From the human T2T-CHM13v2.0 reference genome, Homo sapiens: a DNA stretch of 64,000 bases. Below are positions 1-17,219 of the stretch, piece after piece (positions within the stretch are counted from its first letter, which is position 1; every line of letters begins with the position of its first letter). The DNA lies in the NCBI RefSeq assembly GCF_009914755.1, contig NC_060930.1. One strand, 5' to 3'. Under the pieces are notes generated by a model. The model was not told the origin of the DNA. It did no database searches and saw only the letters and a program-made list of their open reading frames with translations. The position numbers were made by a program, and so were the translations under genes.

Positions 1-354
1 ACACTGACGTCTCAATCCCGAACCTAAATAGGCTGCCCTGGAACTCACTACCCTGTGGTTGCTCTACCAGAACTTTCAGGATTTTATTAGGAAGGCTGGA
101 GATCATGAAGTAGAAAAGCCTCCTGTTAGAGATGAGGATGCCCCGCCCTTCGGCCCCAGAGCAAAGGATTTCCCCGCTTCCGGCGTGGCCCAAAGAATCA
201 AGACCCGGTCAGCAATGGAGCCCAGAACCTCTGGCCCCCGCCAGTCCAGTGCCGTTTCTTCTACACCGAAGTGGTGTTCCAAGACCCACGCTAGGAGTCC
301 TTCTCCTGCTCCACATTTCCCAGAACCCACGCTACTCTACCTTACTGACAATTA

Positions 355-1191
<837 letters not shown>

Positions 1192-1215
1192 TTAGGGGAA
1201 AGCGAAATCGAAAGC
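1192..1215. promoter_or_regulatory. Overlapping GAS / IRF-E (ICS-2) interferon-response element
   Basis: TTAGGGGAA (TTCCCCTAA on the minus strand, GAS-like) overlaps GAAAGCGAAATCGAAAGC (tandem GAAANN IRF repeats). Confidence 0.9.
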
Positions 1216-1604
1216 GGCCGCCTGCTCACTAGATAACGCCTACTTCCAAAAGTGGCCTGCCCAGACTATTTTGGTAGCAAGCGTGGAAATCAGATCTGAG
1301 AATCTCGGGAGCAGCCCTGGTGCCCAATTTTCTCCATCACGCACACCCTTCTCGCCTCTCCCTGCCTCCTGCCTTTCCACTTGCACCAGTTTTCCCACCC
1401 CAGCCTCAGGGCGGGGCTGCCTCGTCACTTGTCTCGGGGCAGATCTGCCCTACACACGTTAGCGCCGCGCGCAAAGCAGCCCCGCAGCACCCAGGCGCCT
1501 CCTGGCGGCGCCGCGAAGGGGCGGGGCTGTCGGCTGCGCGTTGTGCGCTGTCCCAGGTTGGAAACCAGTGCCCCAGGCGGCGAGGAGAGCGGTGCCTTGC
1601 AGGG

Positions 1605-1664
1605 ATGCTGCGGGCGGGAGCACCAACCGGGGACTTACCCCGGGCGGGAGAAGTCCACACCGGG
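1605..1664 (+). CDS. PSMB9: PSMB9 exon 1 (20-aa propeptide MLRAGAPTGDLPRAGEVHTG)
   Basis: ATG at 1605; GT donor at 1665; matches the LMP2 propeptide. Confidence 0.97.
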
Positions 1665-1944
1665 GTAATGGGTCTGGGCTTGAGGGTTGGCAGAGGGGTG
1701 GAGGAGATGCAGCGGCCAGGGGACCCTGGAAGCGCGCGCGGAGAAGTGAATGCAGAGACCAACGGGAGCGCAGGGAGGTCGCCTGTAGCAGCCAGCGCTT
1801 GCAACCCGCAATGAGCATAGAGTATTTCTTTTCTGAGGGGGGTCGTCTAGAGTGTCCGTGAAGGGAACAGGCACGCGAGGCTGGTGGAAAAAGCGGGTGC
1901 TTTGACTCTTAGCTGGAAGCGTCAACGGGAAGCTACTCTAAAGC

Positions 1945-1959
1945 GCTTTCGCTTTCACT
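1945..1959 (-). promoter_or_regulatory. IRF/ISRE motif in PSMB9 intron 1
   Basis: GCTTTCGCTTTCACT reads AGTGAAAGCGAAAGC on the minus strand. Confidence 0.7.
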
Positions 1960-3513
1960 CTGGTCCCGGACAGTGGGGGCTGGTTAAATCAAGAAAGGGG
2001 GTTGGGGATGGTGCAAAGAGATGAGGAAATGGTGCCCTGGGTGAAGTAGAACAGCACTTGGGAGAAGGAAATATAGGCACTTATTGAGAAGGACCAACTC
2101 ATCACACAGACTTTTGATAAACTTGCCACTGGGCAACTCTTAGCCCAAGCACTGATAATGGGCGTTCTGTGTTAACTAGTGATGCCCTTCCCTAGCTTGA
2201 CCCAGGAAGGCCTCTCCTTGGCCCAGATGCTGCCTTACTCCCTTCCCTGTGTCTTCCCTGCCCACTCCCATGTGCCCACTGGGGGGACTTTGCTTAGGAT
2301 GGGCGCCTGGGGCAGATGGCAGCCCCAAGACTGGCTGGCTGGCTTCTGCTCTGGACTACTGCCACCACTCGTGGCTTGGGGGCGGCTTTGTTAGAGAGGA
2401 ATAGCCTCTAACTTGAAGTTAACCCTGTTCTTTGACCCTCTATTCATGATAAGTCGGTCCGTCGGAAAGCATACTCAGAGGAGCGTCCTTTGGGGCCAGA
2501 GTAACTTACGGCCTGGTAAGAAAGACACAGTGAAACCACTTATAATTTGGGAAATCTCCCCTCACTGCCAAATGAGCAGTGGCAAGTAGGAAGTAGAAGT
2601 GGAAACAAGGGATAAGAGTTAGACCTGAATTTTAGTCCCAGGTCTACTATTAACTCTGTGTGACTTTGCATAAGTCGTTTGCATTTTCTGTGACTTGGTT
2701 TCCTCATTTGAACCGAGGATCTTTAAGGCTCCTTCCAACTCAATAGTAGAATAAATGTAGCTTTATCTTCCCTCACTTCTTCTTGATTCTTTTCTTGACC
2801 TGGAAAAGTCAGCTTAAACTTCTCAGTCAAATTATCTCTTGGTACAAATTTACCTCCCTGGCTGCTGAGATATGTATTTACCTCTTGATCGGAAATTCCA
2901 TAACTGAAACTTTTATTTTCAACCATCTGTATGTGTTCCTTGCTGCTTCTCTCCTGCCTTGCCCCTGGCCATGCTAACCACTGCCCTCCTCGATTTTTTC
3001 CAATGTTCAGTAAATTGGAAGAGCTCACTTCTGATGAAATGGGGGGTGAGAGTGGAGGATTGTGGACCAAAAAAAAAAAAAATAGACTGACCTTGTTTCC
3101 CAAGATCATAGTCAATTACTCTGTGTTGGGTCTACACCACATCTGCACATACTATGAGCCCTTCCGTTGGAGATAATTTTCACTTGCGGAGCTGCTTCAC
3201 TTCTACCTGTAGGAGCCTCATCTCCACCTCTCTACAGTGGAGAGGATTCCACTAGGCAAGTTGGAACTTAGGGACACAGTTCTTTCTGTGTTGTATCACA
3301 GCTGGGCTGTGGCATTCCCCTGCAGCCGGATGAAGCAATAGAGAAAGTGGAAAGATGAAGGGAAAAAAAGCCTGTACTGACAGTCAGCTCTGGCCTGTTA
3401 CTGTGTAATCTTTGAGCCAGTCACTTCGCCTCTCTGGGAATGTTTCTTCTTCTCTAACATGAGGGCATCAAGGCTGTTCTTGCCCTGACATTCCATATTC
3501 TGTGTCTCTGCAG

Positions 3514-3581
3514 ACCACCATCATGGCAGTGGAGTTTGACGGGGGCGTTGTGATGGGTTCTGATTCCCGAGTGTCTGCAGG
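3514..3581 (+). CDS. PSMB9: PSMB9 exon 2 ([23 protein letters not shown]; catalytic Thr1)
   Basis: CAG acceptor at 3511-3513, GT donor at 3582; proteasome beta-subunit signature. Confidence 0.97.
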
Positions 3582-4294
3582 GTGAGTAAAAGTGAAGATG
3601 TATGCATTTGGAAAGAAGCTAATGGCCTCAAATACACACTTTCCTTACCCATTCATGAAAAGACTGGCAAACTGGAGCCTTGGAGGAATGGAGTTGACCT
3701 TCCCCAAAAGCCACTATGATAAGCTATTTGGTGGGTGCTTGGGTCTCTGAATTTGTGGAGGAGGATCTGGGGTCTGAATGTGTATGTGACCTGTCCCAGT
3801 AGTGTACAGGGATGAGTAAAGGAATAGGGTCTGAGAGGGGGACAGGAGATAGATTTTTGAGGGTCTTCTTTCCATCTGTGCTTAGGGATCAAAAAGATGA
3901 TTCTGTCAAGCAGATACCTGGTTTCTCATTTACCATATATTGAACTATTTTGTCTCTTCTCCCACTCCTAACCAATTTCCTCACATGCAAAATGAGTATA
4001 TGGGGTTAGGTCAATATTACTGACATTATGTTCCATAGAACATAACTCTCTCAAGATTGTTAATAGCAAAGAAAATTGATGAGGCATATTTTTCTTACCT
4101 TAGCATTTTTTGCTTTGTTATAAAATCTAAGCCTGAAAAATAAGCCTAATTTTGATTAACATCTGCAGTGATTAATAATATCTGAGATGATTATTTGCCT
4201 CCTGCTTTAATCCAAGCATTAAACTTCATGCTATTCTCTTGTCAAAGAAATTTGAGAGACATTGAATGATCACCCTCAAAAATTCCTGAGTTCT

Positions 4295-4604
<310 letters not shown>

Positions 4605-4623
4605 TTAACTTGGTGACTGTTGA

Positions 4624-4788
<165 letters not shown>

Positions 4789-5379
4789 TGACTCCCCACC
4801 CACTAGAGCTCCCCCAACCTGCATGAATCCCTGTACAGTGTGCTGTTCCAGGAGCTGGACACTGGGAAATGGAAAAGTCTTGTTTCGGCTCTTGCTGGCA
4901 CTTGAATCTGTCAGTTTCTGCATCTGTAAAGTGGAGATAATATAGTACCTCATGAGACGGTTATTTTGAGAACCACATTCTATATGTGAACACAGTTTAA
5001 AAGCTGTAAATCACTATCCTGATATAAATAATCAGGAAGAAGGTGATATTGTGACCCACCATAATATCAGGCAGTTACCATACGAGAAATCAAGGTCGTT
5101 GGGACGGAAGTAACCTTATCTGCTTTTCCCCATAAGAGCAGGGTCCTTGCAGCCAAAAGAAAGTTATGTGGGTGGGGCTGAGCAAAAGAGTGAGCAATTG
5201 AAAGCTTCTTACCAGTTGGTGGTGTGGGACTCTGGTTCCCCTGTACATGTGGGAGGGAGGCTGCAGTTTGAGCTATTGCAGTTACAGTTTTCAGGGGTCG
5301 TTTAGCAGGGATGATGGTAACAGTATAGGAGAATGAGACTTAAAATTCTATCAACCTTTATTCCTAATATTTCCCTCAG

Positions 5380-5509
5380 GATAGAACTGGAGGAACCTCC
5401 ACTTGTTTTGGCTGCTGCAAATGTGGTGAGAAATATCAGCTATAAATATCGAGAGGACTTGTCTGCACATCTCATGGTAGCTGGCTGGGACCAACGTGAA
5501 GGAGGTCAG
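5380..5509 (+). CDS. PSMB9: PSMB9 exon 4 (IELEEPPLV...[10 protein letters not shown])
   Basis: AG/GT boundaries; overlaps ORF 5333..5590. Confidence 0.97.
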
Positions 5510-5723
5510 GTGAGTTTCTCCCAAAGCACTCTCTCCTCTGGGCTTCCCCACTCTCCTGCAGAGGAAGATGGAAGTCCTATGTCATTCTAGCAATGAGTTC
5601 CAAGGACACTACCTCTGAAAGCATAGTACTTTGGGGATATGAGATACCAGGGCTTCATTGCAGGGTGCAGAGACCACTTAATGTCTCAGTGGGAAGGAAG
5701 GGCTTGATGATTCTTTAACCTGA

Positions 5724-5942
<219 letters not shown>

Positions 5943-6128
5943 TGAGGAACAGGAAGAGAAATACAGGGGTGGCCATTTAAGTTAATGCCGGGCCTGGTAC
6001 ACTTTTAAGAGTGAAAAGGGGCAGGACAAATGCAAAGCTCAATGGGGTTCTTGGGCAATACGGATAAACCAGGGCTGTTCTGAGTAAATCAAATGAGGAT
6101 ACACAGTCACTGTGAGAACCAGTGGTGT

Positions 6129-6446
6129 GCTAAGCACAGTGGCTCACACCTGTAATGCCAACAATTTGGGAGGCTGAGGCAGGAGGATTACTTGAGCCCA
6201 GGAGTTTGAGGCCAGCCTAGGCAAGATGGTGAAACCCTGTCTCCACAAAAAACAATAAAAAAAAGTAAAAAAAAAAATGAACTGGGCATAGTGGTGCACA
6301 CCTGTAGTCCCAGCTACTCAGGAGGCTGAGGTGGAAAGATCATCTGAGCCGGGGAGATCAAGGCTGTAGTGAGCGGTGATTGCACCACTGCGCTGCAGCC
6401 TAGGTGACAGAGAGAGACCCTGTCTGGAGAAAAAAAAAAAAAAAAA
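6129..6446 (+). mobile_element. AluJ in PSMB9 intron 5
   Basis: Alu dimer; TSD AGAACCAGTGGTGTGCT. Confidence 0.93.
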
Positions 6447-6736
6447 GAACCAGTGGTGTGCTGAGGTGTGCTGAGGCTGGCTTGGGACCACTCATGAGAG
6501 CGGACTGTTAAATAGTCAAGGATTTGTGAACTGCTTAGCTATTTGTAACTTGCAATTCATCATAGCGGGAGCATTTACACCACGGACATCAGCAGATGCC
6601 ACATATGGAAGCCTTTTTGTAAAAAAACTGATTTACCAGCACACCACTAAATATGCCTTCCTGGAAGATGAGTTTTGAGGTGAAAGTGGTAGTAGGCATA
6701 TGGATGGAGGGGGAGTAAAAAGATTTTTGAAGCTAA

Positions 6737-6907
<171 letters not shown>

Positions 6908-6938
6908 ACCTTCCCCAGACTTCTCTTTCTTATTTTGT

Positions 6939-7179
6939 AATAAACTCTCTAGGGCCAAAACCTGGTATGGTCATTGGGAAATGAGTGCTCAGGGAGATGG
7001 AGCTTAGGGGAGGTGGGTGCTTCCCTCCTAGATGTCAGCATACACTCTTTCTTCTTTTGTCCCAGGTCTAAAACATCTTTCCTAGAGAAAACAAAAGGGA
7101 CTAAACTAGAAATATAAAGAGCCCTATACATGACAGGTGATCACGTACTGAATGATTTTGAAGTAGTACAAACAATAAA
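6939..7179 (+). terminator. PSMB9 poly(A) signals (proximal 6939-6944, distal 7174-7179)
   Basis: Two AATAAA hexamers downstream of the stop codon. Confidence 0.75.
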
Positions 7180-7514
7180 AATTCTCATTCCGCATCATCA
7201 TGCGGTCCATGATGATGAGGCCGCAAGTGAGGTGATGGGACTCTTTCCTTTAAGGCTAAGACTGACAGATAGGCAAGACACCTACACACATGAGAATTAG
7301 CTAAGACTATCAGCAAACTCGCATGTAAAAGAATTCCTTTCATAATGCATTCATTCATATTAAAGGGCAATACATGAAAAATGCTTAAATATTTTGGGGC
7401 ACTTGTGAATTTCAAAGAATAATGACAATAACCAAAAGAAGCTACATTTGTGGCATTGGCTAAATGTTTTATAAATTTTATCTCTTAAAATTCAAACCAA
7501 AAAACCCCCTGTAT

Positions 7515-7825
7515 TCACACCTGTAATCCCAGCACTTTGGGAGGTCAAGGCGGGAGGATTGCTTGAGCCCAGGAGTTAGTGACCAGCCTGGGCAACATAG
7601 TGAGAACCCCATCTCTACAAAAAAATTTAAAAATTAGTCGGGTGCGGTGGTGCATGCCTGTAGTCCCAGCTGCCTGGGAGGCTGAGTGGGAGGATCGCTT
7701 AGGCCTGGGAGTTTGAGGCTACAGTGAGCTGTGATTGCGCCACTGCACTCTAGCGTGGGTGACAGAGAAAGACCCTATCTTAAGAAAAAAAAAAGAAAAG
7801 AAAAAGAAAAAACAAACAAAAAAAA
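7515..7825 (+). mobile_element. AluJ
   Basis: Alu consensus similarity with A-rich tail. Confidence 0.9.
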
Positions 7826-8774
7826 CACCCAACCCTATATAGGTATTATTATTACTTCTATAGGACACATAGAGGTTTGGAAAGATTAAATCACTTGACC
7901 AAGGTCACAAAATAAGTTCTGAGGCTGGGATCTGGGATTCAGTCTTATTATATGCCCTTCCTCTACCACTCCCTAAAACTTCTCATTCCCTCAATCCCCA
8001 TATATCATCTTAAAATCTGCAATAAATAGCCCCATACATTCGTTGGCACTTAGGAAACTGTTACCAGATGGCTGAGTAACTGTATTAAAACAAATTTAAT
8101 TCTGCTTCTATCTTTGCCTTGCACTTCCTGAGTGACAGGAGTGAACTCTCATATCCTTTTCTGTCAAAAGATGGTGCTGAATGATTTCTAAGGTAGTTTA
8201 CAGTTCCAACATTCAATGCCATTTTGCTAACAAGTGGGCAGTCAACAGGCATATTCAACAGAAATACTAGTAGGATCTCAGGCTAAACATACGAATTCAA
8301 AACTCTAAAACAATCACATCCCCCTGGAGTGTAAAGAAAAAAATCTAAAATTACAAATGCCTGGAGTTGTTTCTAGCCATGATATTTAACTTATTTGAGA
8401 TTTTAAATAGCCCATTTTTCCCACTGATCACAAGTAGAAATTCTGGGCAGTATACAAAAAGCAAGTACTCAAGGACTCCAAAAAGTAAACAAAAGCAGGT
8501 GGATTGTGAAGAGGGTCAAAACTGGGAGAGGGGCCCCTCCTGGGGAGTGGGTTTTCAATGTTTTCCCCTTTTTTCCTCCCAGCTCTGCCCTGACGTCAGG
8601 CCTCAGGTGCAGAGCTGCACTGCGTGGTAGCACAAGCCCTGAGTTAACAAGAGAAATACCGGCTTTCTGGCCAGAGGAATGAAGAAAAAGGGCCCCTGCG
8701 GGCAGGAATGTGTAGGGGAATCTCCAAACTGAGAGTACTGGCGGAAATTCCCTAATTCTGAGTCTGAACCCTCA

Positions 8775-9181
<407 letters not shown>

Positions 9182-9840
9182 TTAGAAGACTTCATTTTTC
9201 TGTATTGGCCAAATAACTGTTCTAATGCCCTTCATTCCAATAAAAGGTTTGTAGCAGCTTACAGAGATAATTTAAAACAATTTTTAAAAGAAGAAAACAA
9301 CACTGGGTCAGAGAGAAAATATGGTTAAGAAAAGTAAGTGAAGCCAAGGAGTGAAACTAATGGAAACTAATGGACAACGTGAATATCTTAAAAAAAAAAA
9401 AAAAGTGGTGCGCTGTCTTATACTGGCTAGCAAGAGCAGATTGCAAAGTATTCAGGATTTTTGAAGACAGTTGTTAACTATTGGTAACTTGATATTGACC
9501 ACTATGGAAGTATTTATACTATAGAAATCAGCAATGCTACAAGTCAGAAGCATTGTTTTTCTTCAGAGAGCCGGTTTAACAGGACACATATTTATCAGCC
9601 AACTATAAATGGATAAAAAATAATTGGCTCCAGGCCATAGGATAGTGAAAGCAAAGAAGGAAATAAAATGAGGTACAAGATTCATAAAATTCATTTTTTA
9701 AAAGTTGCCAGAAAACCAAAAATTATATATAATAGTTCAAGCCACACAGAACATTTACTCAAATAGGACATGCATCATTCCATAAAGGTAACGCCAATAA
9801 ATTCCAGAGTATCGGTATCTTAGAAACTATCTATATTCTA

Positions 9841-12070
<2,230 letters not shown>

Positions 12071-12761
12071 TACAAATACAACTACAAACTAGCACTAGAC
12101 CAACAGTGACTATGTACCATGAACTGAGGAATATTATTAATTCCACCATTTGCATCTGAGGTTAACAATATGTCAATGACTTAAATAACATCATATCTCT
12201 GAGAGTAATTTCTCCTATATTTCCATGACAAATGTTAGATAATTTTCCATTTTTTCCATTCAACAAAATAAACAGGAAATATAATTAAAGAGTTCAATTG
12301 AGGATTGGGATTTAGAAAGGAAGGCAGGAATTAAGAATAATCCTTAGTTCTCTTCCTAATTTGCACCTCTCTCACTGATACATATGTATTATTTTCTTTT
12401 TATGTCTTTTAGAATCTAATAAACATGTTTTATATTATATAACAAACTAGAATATATGGATTATCTTTGGTCTTCCTTACCAAGTTCTTAACTCTGCTGG
12501 CTCTGGGGCACTGGACATACCATGTAAGAAGAAAAATGTTTTAACTCCATTGAACTTATTCAGAAGCATCGGAAATTGGTTCAGCAATATTCAACTTTGC
12601 CCAGCAATGTTTATGAAAGTTTCATATATAGTATAGTATAAGTATGTGTAATACAGAATTTATGTTCTCAAAAATGAAGAGATAAAGTATGGAGATTCTA
12701 AACTCTGTTGACATAGAAGAGGGTGGATTTCTCGAAGAAACAGCCTTCTATAGAAAGTGGC

Positions 12762-13158
12762 TTGTATGAGTCGGGATTCTCCAGAGAAGCAGAACCAATA
12801 GGATGTTGGCAGAGAGAGATTTATTTTAAGTAATTGGCTCATACTACTGTGGGAGCTGGCACGGTCGAAATCTGCAGGTAGGCTGGAGACCCAGGAAGAG
12901 CTGATGTTGCGGCTTGAGTCTGAAGGTGGTCCAGAGGCAGAATTCCCTCTTCCTTGGAGGACCTCAGTCTTTGCCCCTAAGACCTTCAACTGATTGGAAG
13001 GGCCACTTACATTATGGAGGGTAATCTGCTTTACCCAAAATCTATTGATTTAAATGTAAATCTCATCTAAAAAATACCTTCACTGCAATATCTAGACTGG
13101 TATTCAAATGTCTAGAAACCATAGCCTAGCCAAGTTAACACATAAAATTAACTATCAC
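12762..13158 (-). mobile_element. MLT2-type (ERVL) solo LTR
   Basis: Termini resemble MLT2 (TTCTCCAGAGAAGCAGAACCAATAGGA ... GCCAAGTTAACACATAAAATTAACTATCAC). Confidence 0.8.
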
Positions 13159-13329
13159 TTGGCTCAAGGTGAAACTTCCAGATCAATGTGGCAGGAGTGT
13201 TGAGGAAGGAAGTGAACTCGGTTCTAACCAAGTAGGACAGCCGAATCATCACTGAAGTGTGGCACTGGCCTTTCGCCAAGGTAACATGTGGCAAGGTTTT
13301 AGGTTAGGATAGGTACCAGGCAAAAGCTG

Positions 13330-13745
13330 GGTGACTCGATGGAGGCTTTTGTGCCAACCTTCAGAGACTGGCTGCGTCAGACTGCCCTCAAGAGCATACA
13401 AAGGAAAAAAAGACAAATTAAAAGCCTTTAATCCAAACTCAAGACATGAATGAAAAACTGTAAATGCCTCTATAGCAGTTTTAAAGGCTATCTTTTCTCC
13501 TGCAACCCAGCACAGATATGGCTGAGGGTCAAGCCCGGGGGCTTATGATAAAGGTTATGAAGTTGTAGAAATGTTTGTTGCATCATCCAACAGCAGCTGT
13601 TGTGATAAGGCAAGACCCCTGGTTGGGATAGACCGGACCCTGAGATATGAAATAGGGACATATGAGCAGACACAGAGAAGTCTGAGTGAGAACTATGAAT
13701 CACCGCACCCCCTGAGGGTCCTTGCTGGAAGAAGCAGACTCACCG
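13330..13745 (+). mobile_element. ERVL/MaLR internal gag-like remnant
   Basis: Degenerate match to the ERVL gag region encoding 'KVRALIGKEWDPETWDGDIW' (GGCAAGACCCCTGGTTGGGATAGACCGGACCCTGAGATATG). Confidence 0.55.
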
Positions 13746-15742
13746 TATTAGTTACCTATTGCCATGTAATGAATGACACCCGCTTAAAATAACAGACATT
13801 TACTATAAGGTGTTACTGGGACAATAGGGGATTTTTTAATATGGATTGTGTGTTTGATAATATGGTATCAATTTTAAGTATCTTGGGGGTGATGACAGTA
13901 TTAGGGTTTTGCAGGAGAAATGTCCTTATTCTTAAATTATACATGACAAAATATTTAGGGGTCAAGTGGCATAATTTCCACAGATTACTCTCAAATTGTT
14001 TAACAAAATGGTTCTTCAACAGTAAATGGATAAACAAAACGTAGTCTATTCGTGCAACACAGTACTATGTAAACAATGAAACTTCATCAACTACTGAAAA
14101 TGTAACAACATGGACGAATCTCATAGAAACAATATTAAGTGAAGAAGCCAGACTTGCAGAAATACATACTGTATGTTTCCATTATCTATTGCTGGGCAGC
14201 ACACCAACTCCAAACTTAATGGCTTAAAACAAAAATAATCATTTTATTATCTCTCATGAATCTGTGAATTACTGGACTTTAAGAGCCACTGATGTAGTCC
14301 ATGAACCAAAACACATATTCACGGCAGCCACTCCACCCAGCACCTCACACCTGTGATGTTTACTGGCTGCCCATGGGATTTGAACACCTTTAGAGTACTG
14401 TGAAATTTCCCCTACCTTTTGAGTCCTGCCTCCCTAAAGTGGAAACCAGAAAGCTCACTTCCCCTAGCCTTCTTTGAAGCTAGAGCACCTAAGTTCCACC
14501 AATTAAATTCATCCACCTAAGACTTCAGTTACAAAGGGGCCACAGGAGGAACCAGGGTGTGGGGGTTGCAGAGCACCTTTTACTGTATTTATTTCTCTGG
14601 CAAAGGTGACAGAAGAAGCAACTGTCTTTTGGGGAAGCGGTGGGTTTTTTCCTTTTTTTTTTTTTTTTTTTAAGTGAAGTTCCTGAAACAGAAGTGGTTT
14701 AGGAGGTGTCTTCAGTGGTGGCTGCAGCAACCTCCAGGTCCTAACAACAGAACCAACAGCAGCGTCTAGAAGCCATGGGGCAGCAGCAGTGGTGTGGCTC
14801 ATCAGACCTGCTCTCTGCGTGGTCTGACCCTGTACATACATGTGCCTCTCATCCGTAGTTCCAGCATTTCCTCTCTAAAGTCTAGTTCTGAGAGAAATTT
14901 CTTTGGTAGACTTTTCAAAGTTTTATCAAACTCAAAGAGGGAACCAGCAAGAATACAAGAGCCTTGATCCAAAGAGTATTTGAAAAACAGAGCTGTATCT
15001 CTCTGTGAGGAAATAATTTCTAGGCTAGAGATTCAAAATGGCTAACGTGCTAGAGGGCAATAAAATCATAACCTTGGTGTTATCTTCTTTACCGGAGAAA
15101 AAGAGAAAGCCAGCATCCCTTATCAGCTCTCTGCTGATTAACCTCTAATCGCACAGGGCTGGCCGGGTTCGTCTTAGGCAAATTACAATCCCTGAAACAC
15201 TCTGGTTTTGATCAGGCAGAATTATGAGCAAAGGTTCAAGTGTGATATAAAATAATCAAGCACGTACAATTTTGCCTTATTTATAATTTTGAAACACTTT
15301 TCCTACACAATTTCTGACCTTAAGGGGCAGAATTAACCAAATAAAACTTTTCAGAAATGCTCTAATTCAGTTCCACTCATTTTATCGTCTCTATTTGGCC
15401 TGTTTTAGGGCTAAACCCAGAAGCAAAATCTTCTTCAAAATGAATGTATTGACAGTCACCATGCCAGACTTGGAGTACGAACAAGAGCATCCTTTTACCC
15501 TTACTGAAACCTATGTGGTCACTAAAACATATATCAATAATATTTTTAACCTGGACAAAATTAATCTAGAAAATTGAGCTACTGTTTTTTATTTGTCAGC
15601 TTTTACCACATTGTGGGTTTGAGACACAGGTAGTTCTTTTGATAGTACAGCGTTAATTTAAAATATAAAAATCATGCCAAACACATCTAATTACTTTTAG
15701 CTTCCTTCACAGTAGGCGGAGGAAGGTGAAAAATTAAGCCTT

Positions 15743-15762
15743 TTGCGCCACCTAGTGGCCAA
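15743..15762 (-). promoter_or_regulatory. CTCF motif
   Basis: TTGGCCACTAGGTGGCGCAA on the minus strand is a near-perfect CTCF core. Confidence 0.8.
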
Positions 15763-16897
15763 ATGGGTAGTGGCTGTCTAGTGAGAAAAAACAAAGATTT
15801 GGGGGCGTGAAAAATAGCTTGACAGTGTTAGTATTCTGAATTCAGGGTATGAGGTTGGAAGAAGGCAACAACAAAAAAGAATTTTCAGAGAAACTGGTCA
15901 CTTAAGTGCATAGGTACCTGAGAGTGAGCAATTGTTATAACTTTGATATCTCAATAACCAGAGTGACAATAAAACATTTGAAAATAAACATAAAGAAGGT
16001 AACAATTATAAGAAACTTTAGGTGTTTCAGAAGCAAATGGATGCTATCAGCACAAAGCACTAAAAGTTATCAAGGTATTAAGTGAGAGCATTCTGATAAG
16101 AAACCACCGCTAGCTGGGCAGATTATGCTAAAGGGAAAGAAAAAGTTTTTTCTCTGTCTTTAAGTGTAGAGTGTATATTCCAAGATCAATTTTAAATTAC
16201 AAATCCTCTCCTTTTTTGCTTATTAATTCGAATTCATCATTACGTGTGTGTTTTACAGAAATACATATATAGTTGAATGACAATTTTGTTTAAAACTTTC
16301 CACTTTAGTTTTAAAACGTAGTTAATCTTATCAATACAATACATGAATGTATATCCACACTAAGTTTACCACCTTAATTTGAGTTTTGCAAAAATTAAAT
16401 ATGGACAAAGGTATATATATAGAAAGCCACTTAGTGACCCAATAATCTTTCTCTCTATGATACACTTAAGAATTTTTTAGACAATAAAAAGTCACTTATT
16501 AACTAGCTCAGTGAAAATTAGTCCAAAGTAACAAAATCATTTGAGGCTGCAAAACAACAATATCACTATTGATATTAGGAGTTTTTCAAAGAGGTAAAAT
16601 TCTAAAATTTTTACATAGAGTGCAAGCTAAGTAGCTAAGTCAAATGACTTGCAATATTTTTCTGAAATTCACAAGAGCCAATAGTTTAAAAAAAGCATCT
16701 CATAACATTTAATTAAAAATATACATTTTCATTTAAGTTTGCTTCCCACAAACCACTGACACACTCATTGACACAGTGAATGAGTCTAGTGACAAGAAAC
16801 AAATCCTTTTTGTTAGGTCACTTCTAACACTCTGCCTCCAACAAAATAAAGAGGACCTATTCAAGCTGTCAGCTATTATATCATTTAAAGTAATTTT

Positions 16898-17219
<322 letters not shown>

